A stretch of DNA of 64,000 nucleotides from Alphaproteobacteria bacterium (GTDB lineage: Bacteria > Pseudomonadota > Alphaproteobacteria > JAAXGF01): the NCBI GenBank assembly GCA_963555825.3, contig CAUVXB020000001.1, positions 1,984,001 through 2,048,000 of the forward strand, in the 5' to 3' direction. Position numbers and translations under genes: made by a program. Under the pieces are notes generated by a model. The model was not told where the DNA came from, ran no database searches, and was given only the letters and a program-made list of their open reading frames with translations. Shown here one piece after another: positions 57,069-64,000 of this stretch. Position 1 is the stretch's first letter; each line of letters starts with the position of its first letter.

Positions 57069-58468
57069 CCGGCCCGCCTCCAGTCCGTCTTCCCGCCCGG
57101 TCCGTCTTCGAGCAGGATACCCTGGTCTTCGAGCTCTTCGCGAATTTGATCGGCCTTGGCGAAGTCCTTGGCCCGCCGCGCCGCCTCGCGCGCGGCGATC
57201 TTCTCCTCGATGTCGACGACATTGACGTCGCCGGCGGCGCCCTTGAACCAGGCCGCCGGCTGGTTGCGCAGCAAGCCGAGAAACCCGGCCATCAGCCCGA
57301 GCCGGCCCTTCAAGGCGCCACGGTCGTCGTCGGGTTGCGCGGCGAATACGTCATCGACCGCCTTGTGCAGCTCGGCGATCGCGAGCGGCGTGTTGAGGTC
57401 GTCCTCGAGCGCTGCGAAGAAGGCGGCGATTGCGGGGTCGGCGGGCTCGGGCGTAACCGGCTCGGCATCGCGCAAGGCCTCGAGCGCGCGGTACCAGCGG
57501 TCGATGCGCTCGCGCGCCTCCCGCACCCCGGCATCCGTCCAGTCGAGCGGCTTACGGTAATGCGTCGAGAGCATCATCAGGCGCACCACCTCGCCGCGGT
57601 CCCAGCCAATCTTGTCGAGCACGTCGGCGACGGTGAAGAAGTTGCCCAGCGACTTCGACATCTTCTTGCCGTCGACGATGACGTAGCCGTTGTGCACCCA
57701 GTAACACGCGAAGCCGTCGTCGGGGTTGACGCAGAGGCTCTGGGCGCGCTCGTTCTCGTGGTGCGGGAAGATCAGGTCCTGGCCGCCGCCGTGGATGTCG
57801 AAGGTCTTGCCCAGGTGGTGCTCGCTCATCGCCGAGCACTCGATGTGCCAGCCCGGCCGGCCGCGGCCCCAGGGGCTGTCCCAGCCCGGCAGGTCGGGCG
57901 TCGACGGCTTCCACAGCACGAAGTCGGCCGGGTCCTTCTTGTAGGGCGCCACCTCGACGCGCGCGCCGGCGACCATCTCCTTCAGGCTGCGCTTGGACAG
58001 ATCGCCGTAGTCCGTCATCGACGGCACGTGGAACAGCACGTGGCCCTCGGCTTCGTAGGCGTGACCGATCTCGATCAGCCGCTCGGTCATGGCGATCATC
58101 TCGGCGACCCATTCGGTCGCGCGCGGCTCGTGATCGGGCGGCTCGGCGCCGAGCGCCGCCATGTCGTCGTGGAACGCCTGGGTCGTGCGCTGGGTTATCT
58201 CGGCGATCGGCTCGCCGGACTCGATCGAGGCCGCGTTGATCTTGTCGTCGATGTCGGTGATGTTGCGCACGTAGGTGACGTGATCCGCGCCGTAGAGGCG
58301 CTTGAGCAGCCGGTAGAGCACGTCGAACACGATGACCGGCCGCGCGTTGCCGATATGCGCGCGGTCGTAGACCGTCGGCCCACAGATGTACATGCCGACG
58401 TTGTCCGCATCGAGCGGCGTGAAGCGCTGCTTCTCGCGCGCCTGCGTGTTGTAGAGAACGAGGGCCAC
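57065..58468 (-). CDS. cysS: cysteine--tRNA ligase
   Basis: [31 protein letters not shown]. Confidence 0.98.
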   Translation of the reverse strand: MALVLYNTQAREKQRFTPLDADNVGMYICGPTVYDRAHIGNARPVIVFDVLYRLLKRLYGADHVTYVRNITDIDDKINAASIESGEPIAEITQRTTQAFHDDMAALGAEPPDHEPRATEWVAEMIAMTERLIEIGHAYEAEGHVLFHVPSMTDYGDLSKRSLKEMVAGARVEVAPYKKDPADFVLWKPSTPDLPGWDSPWGRGRPGWHIECSAMSEHHLGKTFDIHGGGQDLIFPHHENERAQSLCVNPDDGFACYWVHNGYVIVDGKKMSKSLGNFFTVADVLDKIGWDRGEVVRLMMLSTHYRKPLDWTDAGVREARERIDRWYRALEALRDAEPVTPEPADPAIAAFFAALEDDLNTPLAIAELHKAVDDVFAAQPDDDRGALKGRLGLMAGFLGLLRNQPAAWFKGAAGDVNVVDIEEKIAAREAARRAKDFAKADQIREELEDQGILLEDGPGGKTDWRRAG

Positions 58469-58590
58469 GATCCTAACGATCTTTCCTATTGCTCACGGCG
58501 TTGCGCCACGCGACACGCCGCGCGCGCGGCCGATAGGGGTAACAGATTCCGCCAACCGGGTCCATGTCCAGGGGGCGCCGCGGGTCGCGT

Positions 58591-58792
58591 TCACGCGCCG
58601 TAGCGGAACCGGTTGGTGATCGGGTAACGGCGGTCGTCGCCCACCGACCAGCGCGTCATCAGCACGTGCTCGCGCCACGACGTGGCTTGCGCGCGCGGGC
58701 TGCGGTCGGCGTCGAGCACGAAGGAGGCGCCGTCGAACACCAGCTCGTCCCGGCCGCCGACTTGGTTGACGTAGATCAGCGGCAGGCCCGAT
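58591..58792 (-). pseudogene. nadE: nadE relic: an internal fragment joined directly to the 3' end
   Basis: 58591-58636 matches 59446-59491 (45/46); ~58633-58792 matches ~60364-60523 (roughly 88% by eye). Confidence 0.9.
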
Positions 58793-58905
58793 CGCTCATA
58801 CTTCGATCGAGTGATTTCGGTCCACATGTTGCGCCTCCATCGCTGATAAACCACAACGAAAGCATGACAAGAGACTGATTCCACTCAACTCTTTTTCGGC
58901 CAGAC
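58786..58905 (-). mobile_element. IS5-family left-end remnant with the first codons of the transposase
   Basis: RBS ggagg + ATG at 58827 reading MWTEITRSKYERSG(L), resembling IS5-family (IS1031/IS427-type) transposase N-termini; IR-like gtctggccgaaaaaga upstream. Confidence 0.65.
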
Positions 58906-59062
58906 AATTAGAGCTTGGAAGCCAACAAGCCACTTCTTCCCGACAAAGCGGAGAGCGTCGCGCAAGACGATTGTGGCAATGGTGAGCCTGTCCAATGCGG
59001 GGGCTCTAGACGTAAGGTAATTACTGGGCGCTTACGGCACCGCCAACGTTCCCCTGCTTAAC

Positions 59063-59296
59063 TTAGTTTTGAATCTGTTTGGACACATCCTTGAAAACGT
59101 CGGGTTTCGGTACGGTGTTGTCCGGCAATGTATTTTTTAATTGTTTAGTTTGAGCTGTATTGCCTGACGAGACGCTTCCGCCCTGATTAAAATATCCGGT
59201 TTGTGCTTTCTGTTCATCCGCAGCGTATGTTGGGCCACCCAGAAGACTGGTGAACAATGCAGCAGCAACAAGAGTTACACCCATTTGGGGAAACAT
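59063..59296 (-). CDS. small exported hypothetical protein (77 aa) in a low-GC islet
   Basis: RBS taaggag, signal peptide ending TYA-A, polar mature region. Confidence 0.6.
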   Translation of the reverse strand: MFPQMGVTLVAAALFTSLLGGPTYAADEQKAQTGYFNQGGSVSSGNTAQTKQLKNTLPDNTVPKPDVFKDVSKQIQN

Positions 59297-59445
59297 GATC
59301 TTGCTCCTTATCCGAATGTGGCGAAATACAATTGTAACGGTAATAAGCGGCCACGTAAACGACCGTTATCAGGAGTGGACGCAATACGAATTCGCAGTTC
59401 TTGGTGAATTCGGAGACTCCCCGTAACTAGAACAACCCGCGCCAC

Positions 59446-61110
59446 TCACGCGCCGTAGCGGAACCGGTTGGTGATCGGGTAGCGGCGGTCGCGGCCGAAG
59501 GATCGGCTGGTGATCTTTACGCCGGGCGGCGCCTGGCGGCGCTTGTATTCGGCGAGGTCGAGCATGCGCGAGACACGGCGCACGACATCGGCGTCGTGGC
59601 CGCGCGCGGCGATCTCGTCGATGCCCTGCTCGCCCTCGACCAGGCATTCGAGAATGTCGTCGAGCACCGCGTAGGGCGGCAGGCTGTCCTGATCGGTCTG
59701 ATCGGGCCTGAGCTCGGCCGACGGCGGCTTGGTGATGATGGCGTCGGGTATGACCTCGCCGGTCGGACCCTTGGTGCCGCCCGGCAGGGTTTCGTTGCGC
59801 CAGCGCGCCAGCGCGAAGGCCGTCGTCTTGTAGACGTCCTTGAGCACCGAATAGCCGCCGCACATGTCGCCATAGAGCGTCGCGTAGCCGACCGACATCT
59901 CGGATTTGTTGCCCGTGGTCAGCACCATGTGGCCGAGCTTGTTGCTGATCGCCATCAGGATCATGCCGCGGATGCGCGCCTGCAGGTTCTCCTCGGTGAC
60001 GTCCGGCTCGCGGCCGGCGAACAACTCGCCGAGCATGCCGCCGTACGCCTCGACCGCGCTCTCGATCGGCACCGTATCGAGGCGCACGCCGAGCCGCTCG
60101 GCGCAGGTCCGGGCATCGTCGAGCGAGCCTTGCGAGGTATAGCGCGACGGCATCATCACGCAATGCACCGCGTCCGGCCCCAGCGCGTCGACCGCGATCG
60201 CCGCGCTGAGCGCCGAATCGATGCCGCCCGAGAGCCCGATTACGACGCCCGGAAAGCGGTTCTTGCCGACGTAGTCGCGCAGCCCCGTCATGGTCGCCTG
60301 ATAGATCGCCGCCTCGCCCTCCTCGGCCTTGGCGATGTCGGCGGCGGCGCAACGCCAGCGGCCGTCATCGCCGACCGACCAATGGGTCATCAGCACGGTC
60401 TCGCGCCACGACGGCGCCTGGGCGCGCAGGTTCCGATCGGCGTCGAGCACGAACGAGGCGCCATCGAACACCAGCTCGTCCTGGCCGCCGACCTGGTTGA
60501 CGTAGATCAGCGGCAGGCCCGATTCGGTGACCCGCGCGACCGCCAGGCTCAGCCGGTCGTCGGGCTTGTCGAGCTCGAAGGGCGAGCCGTTCGGCACGAC
60601 GAGGATCTCGGCGCCCGACTCCTCGAGGCATTCGGTGACGTCGGCGGTCCACATGTCCTCGCAGACCATGACGCCGAGGCGCACGCCCTTGAACGGCACC
60701 GGCCCGTTCAAGGGGCCGGCGGTGAACAAGCGCTGCTCGTCGAAGACGCCATAGTTGGGCAGATCGTGCTTGGGGCGCACCGCGGCGACGCCGCCGTCGG
60801 CCAACAGATAGGCGGCGTTATAGAGCTTGCCGTCATCGCGCCACGGCGCGCCGACCAGCATCGCCGGGCCACCGTCGCCGGTCGACTGGGCGAGGCGCTC
60901 GATGGCGCGCTCGACGCGCTCGACGAGCGCCGGCTTGAGCACCAGGTCCTCGGGCGGATAGCCAATCAGCACGAGCTCGGTATAGACGACCAGGTCGGCG
61001 CCCCCGGCGGCCGCTTCGTCGCGCGCCGCGAGCAGGCGGTCGGCGTTGCCGTCGACATCGCCGACGGTCGGGTTGAGCTGCGCCAGCGCGATGGTGAGCG
61101 ATTCGGTCAT
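59446..61110 (-). CDS. nadE: glutamine-dependent NAD+ synthetase
   Basis: Nitrilase domain (EL...GYPPEDL, K.DLPNYGVFDE, CEDMW) and GLSGGIDS, ENLQAR, TGNKSE, PPSAEL, EYKRRQ. Confidence 0.97.
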   Translation of the reverse strand: MTESLTIALAQLNPTVGDVDGNADRLLAARDEAAAGGADLVVYTELVLIGYPPEDLVLKPALVERVERAIERLAQSTGDGGPAMLVGAPWRDDGKLYNAAYLLADGGVAAVRPKHDLPNYGVFDEQRLFTAGPLNGPVPFKGVRLGVMVCEDMWTADVTECLEESGAEILVVPNGSPFELDKPDDRLSLAVARVTESGLPLIYVNQVGGQDELVFDGASFVLDADRNLRAQAPSWRETVLMTHWSVGDDGRWRCAAADIAKAEEGEAAIYQATMTGLRDYVGKNRFPGVVIGLSGGIDSALSAAIAVDALGPDAVHCVMMPSRYTSQGSLDDARTCAERLGVRLDTVPIESAVEAYGGMLGELFAGREPDVTEENLQARIRGMILMAISNKLGHMVLTTGNKSEMSVGYATLYGDMCGGYSVLKDVYKTTAFALARWRNETLPGGTKGPTGEVIPDAIITKPPSAELRPDQTDQDSLPPYAVLDDILECLVEGEQGIDEIAARGHDADVVRRVSRMLDLAEYKRRQAPPGVKITSRSFGRDRRYPITNRFRYGA

Positions 61111-61117
61111 AGACGCC

Positions 61118-61390
61118 AGCCCGAAGTTCTCACCATGGACAGGCGCGTCATCGCGTCGGGCGGCCGCCGAGCCGCCAGAAAAAGGCCGCGGAGCGTAGCC
61201 TGGGCCACGGTCAAGGCCTTCGACGCCGCGGGCGGGCCGCCCGGCGCGACCCTTAAGGGCGGCGGATCTCGGACGACAGGCCGCGTCAAAGCGCTTGCCC
61301 GATGCGCAAGCATCGTGGCCCGCGCGCTTTTCCTAGCCTGTCGTCCGATATACGCCGTGCCGCACCTGTCCATGGTGAGAATTCCGGGCT
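61118..61390 (-). mobile_element. MITE-like structured element B (~273 bp) with 30-bp terminal inverted repeats
   Basis: agcccgaagttctcaccatggacaggcgcg (61118-61147) vs cgcacctgtccatggtgagaattccgggct (61361-61390), 27/30 complementary; two long internal hairpins; fills the pncB-nadE spacer. Confidence 0.75.
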
Positions 61391-62573
61391 ATGTCTTGCG
61401 CAGCAGGAACTCGCGGCCCAGCTTGACGCTGGGCTCGCCGTCGTAGGCGACGATGTCGGCGGTGGCATAGGTCTCGGGCCAGCTGTCGGGCAGGAACGAG
61501 CCGGTGCCGACCAGATCGATCGGCGCGTCGACGCTCGCCATGACCTCGCATTTCGCCTGGTTGAAGCCGGAGCTCGCGACGATTTTGACGCGCTCGAAGC
61601 CAGCCTCGTCGAGCGCATCGCGCAAGTGGTAGATCGCCGCCGCCGAAACGCCGGTGCCGACCAGCCAACGCAACTCGGCGTCGGTCCGGTAGCGGCGGAT
61701 ACCCTTGGGCACGTGGCGGTCCAAGACGGCGTAGGACGCCGCGGTATCGAGCCCCTCGACGAAACGTCCGCCGTGGGTATCGAGGCGCATGGCGAGACGG
61801 CCGTCGGCGGCGAGTTCCGGAAAACGCCGGCAGACGGCGAGCGCATCGGTTACCTCCCGGCCGTAGTAGTCGACCAGGGAGGTGATGTTCTCGTCCGGAT
61901 AGGTCTCGGCGAACATTTCGGCGGCGCGCAGTGTCGAGCCGGCGTAGCCGATCAGCGCGTGCGGCATGGTGCCGAGGCCCCGGTCGTTGCCGAAATAATG
62001 CGCCGTCGCGTCGGTCGCATTGCCGACGAAACCGACCGCGCCGTGGCGTTCGCGCGCCGCGCGCGAACCGACGCTCGCCGCATAGGCCATCATTTCGGCC
62101 ATCTCGTGGCCGGCGCAGTGGCGCGCGTCCATGGCGAGGAAACCGACCTTGGGCAGCGCCCGGCACATGGCGTAGGCGTTGTACGCGGCGACGCAGGGCG
62201 GCCCGAGGCGCTGCAGATAGAGCGTCTCCAGATCGACCAGATTGACCAGCGAGCCCGAGAGATAGAGCAGCGGTTCGCCGGCGCCGACCCACTCGCCCTC
62301 CCTGTAGTTGAGCTCGATGTCAAACGTCACGCCGCGCGAGGGAGCGACGCGCTCGAGCCAGTCGACCATCAGGCGCGGCGCGAAGTAGACCGGCAGCCGC
62401 ATGAACACGGCGTAGGTCGCGCGCTTGTCGCCGAAACGCGCGACGACCTGCTTGGTATTGTTGAAGTACTGGTCCGTGGTGCGGGCGATCGCCTCGTCCA
62501 TCGCGGCGGCCTCGACCGCGTCGTCAGGCGCCGGCACGGCGCCAGCAGGCTCGGTCGCGGGCGACCGGACCAT
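61389..62573 (-). CDS. pncB: nicotinate phosphoribosyltransferase family protein; start uncertain
   Basis: TDQYF, LET, MDARH, GTMPHALI, LVDY, RLDT, ASSGF, GTGS; adjacent to nadE. Confidence 0.8.
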   Translation of the reverse strand: MVRSPATEPAGAVPAPDDAVEAAAMDEAIARTTDQYFNNTKQVVARFGDKRATYAVFMRLPVYFAPRLMVDWLERVAPSRGVTFDIELNYREGEWVGAGEPLLYLSGSLVNLVDLETLYLQRLGPPCVAAYNAYAMCRALPKVGFLAMDARHCAGHEMAEMMAYAASVGSRAARERHGAVGFVGNATDATAHYFGNDRGLGTMPHALIGYAGSTLRAAEMFAETYPDENITSLVDYYGREVTDALAVCRRFPELAADGRLAMRLDTHGGRFVEGLDTAASYAVLDRHVPKGIRRYRTDAELRWLVGTGVSAAAIYHLRDALDEAGFERVKIVASSGFNQAKCEVMASVDAPIDLVGTGSFLPDSWPETYATADIVAYDGEPSVKLGREFLLRKT

Positions 62574-62580
62574 GCCGCCG

Positions 62581-63960
62581 TCAGGACGCCGCGGCCAAGC
62601 GCGCTCCATCCACGCGTTCCTTCTTCAATGCCTCGGCGATCAGGAAGGCAAGCTCGAGCGCCTGCGATGCGTTGAGCCGCGGATCGCAATGGGTGTGGTA
62701 ACGGTCGGCGAGTGAATGTTCGGTGATCGCCTGGGCGCCGCCGATGCACTCGGTGACGTCCTGGCCGGTCATCTCGAAATGGACACCGCCGGCGTAGGAC
62801 CCCTCCCTTTGGTGAACCGCGAAGAAGCCGCGCACCTCGGCCAGGATACGGTCGACCGCGCGGGTCTTGTAACCGGTCGACGACTTGATCGTGTTGCCGT
62901 GCATCGGATCGCAGGACCACACTACCCTGCGGCCCTCGCGCTCGACCGCGCGGACCAGCGGCGGCAGGCCGGTCTCGACCTTGTCGGCGCCCATTCGCGC
63001 GATGATCGTCAGGCGGCCCGGCTCGTTCGCAGGGTTGAGCACATCGATCAGGCGCAAAAGGTCGTCGGGATCGAGCGTCGGCCCGGCCTTGAGCCCGATC
63101 GGATTGCCAACGCCGCGCAGGAACTCGACATGCGCGCCGTCGAGCTGGCGCGTGCGGTCGCCGATCCACAGCAAATGCGCCGAACAGTCGTACCAGTCGC
63201 CGGTCGTCGAATCGATGCGTGTCAACGCCTGTTCGTAGCCGAGCAGCAGCGCCTCGTGCGAGGTGTAGAATTCGGTCGTGGCGAGCTGCGGCGCGGTCTC
63301 GGACGTGATGCCGCAAGCCTCCATGAAGGCCAACGCGTCGCTGATGCGGTCGGCCATCTCCTGGTAGCGCTCGCCCTGCGGGCTGCGCGCGACGAAGCCG
63401 TGGTTCCAGCGGTGCACTTGGTGCAGATCGGCATAGCCGCCCTGCGCGAAGGCGCGCAGCAGATTGAGCGTCGCCGCCGATTGCAGGTAGACCTGGACCA
63501 TGCGCTCGGGGTCGGGCCGGCGCGCCTCGGGGGTGAACTCGATGCCGTTGATGATGTCGCCGCGGTAGCTCGGCAGCTCGACGCCGTCCTGCACCTCGGT
63601 GTCGCCCGAGCGCGGCTTGGCGAACTGGCCCGCCATGCGACCGACCTTGACGACCGGGCAGTCGGCGCCGTAGGTCAGCACCACGGCCATCTGGAGCAGC
63701 ACGCGGAAGGTGTCGCGGATGTTGTCAGGGTGGAATTCGGCGAAGCTTTCCGCGCAGTCGCCGCCCTGGAGCAGGAAGGCGCGGCCCTCGGCGATCTCGC
63801 CGAGCTGCGCCTTCAGCCGGCGCGCCTCGCCGGCGAAGACCAGCGGCGGATAACCCCTGAGGCGCGCCTCGGCGGCCTCGAGCACGGCCTTATCGGGCCA
63901 CGCGGGTTGCTGCTTGATCGGTAGGTTGCGCCAGCTGTCGGGCGCCCACGTCTTCGCCAT
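62581..63960 (-). CDS. class II DAHP synthase
   Basis: [50 protein letters not shown]. Confidence 0.96.
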   Translation of the reverse strand: MAKTWAPDSWRNLPIKQQPAWPDKAVLEAAEARLRGYPPLVFAGEARRLKAQLGEIAEGRAFLLQGGDCAESFAEFHPDNIRDTFRVLLQMAVVLTYGADCPVVKVGRMAGQFAKPRSGDTEVQDGVELPSYRGDIINGIEFTPEARRPDPERMVQVYLQSAATLNLLRAFAQGGYADLHQVHRWNHGFVARSPQGERYQEMADRISDALAFMEACGITSETAPQLATTEFYTSHEALLLGYEQALTRIDSTTGDWYDCSAHLLWIGDRTRQLDGAHVEFLRGVGNPIGLKAGPTLDPDDLLRLIDVLNPANEPGRLTIIARMGADKVETGLPPLVRAVEREGRRVVWSCDPMHGNTIKSSTGYKTRAVDRILAEVRGFFAVHQREGSYAGGVHFEMTGQDVTECIGGAQAITEHSLADRYHTHCDPRLNASQALELAFLIAEALKKERVDGARLAAAS

Positions 63961-64000
63961 AACGATCCTCAACGTCTCGTCAAATTTGCACCAGTTTGCG

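Noticed and set aside
58591-60523. Diversity-generating retroelement (relic as template/variable repeat of nadE)
   Set aside because: Mismatches are not adenine-specific and are largely synonymous; no reverse transcriptase in the window.
61107-61373. 88-aa ORF between pncB and nadE
   Set aside because: Lies wholly inside the palindromic element B; composition is not protein-like.
61118-61390. Dedicated NAD riboswitch
   Set aside because: The same architecture occurs at 24474 beside unrelated genes, and long terminal inverted repeats indicate a mobile repeat.
1-64000. tRNA, rRNA or prophage genes
   Set aside because: No T-loop/cloverleaf, rRNA-like or phage structural signatures noticed by eye; tRNAscan-SE was not run.

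Overview
GC-rich window from an alphaproteobacterial, probably Rhodospirillales-like, chromosome (inferred from gene order and protein style). Core genes: purF end, SDR, der, bamB-like, yfgM-like, pdxH, fabI, aroC, trmJ, cimA, cysS, nadE, pncB, class II DAHP synthase. Accessory blocks: (i) a cobalamin-dependent methylamine/betaine demethylation cluster with two MetF paralogues and a GlxA regulator; (ii) an amine uptake/catabolism region (polyamine-type ABC transporter, three class III aminotransferases, a heme-oxygenase-like diiron enzyme, an HpaB-like monooxygenase, RidA, DUF1028); (iii) c-di-GMP-related genes (MshEN-AAA ATPase, GAF/HD-GYP with an Arg-repeat insert); (iv) an IS630 and an IS5 remnant. 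Most notable: two ~275-280-bp intergenic elements (24474-24757 and 61118-61390) with unrelated terminal inverted repeats but the same multi-arm secondary structure; an islet encoding a Nal1-like serine protease split exactly at an in-frame A_AAA_AAG -1 slippery site, followed by a stand-alone copy of its N-terminal domain; and a diverged, internally deleted nadE relic flanking a low-GC islet. All assignments come from reading motifs by eye; no database searches were run.
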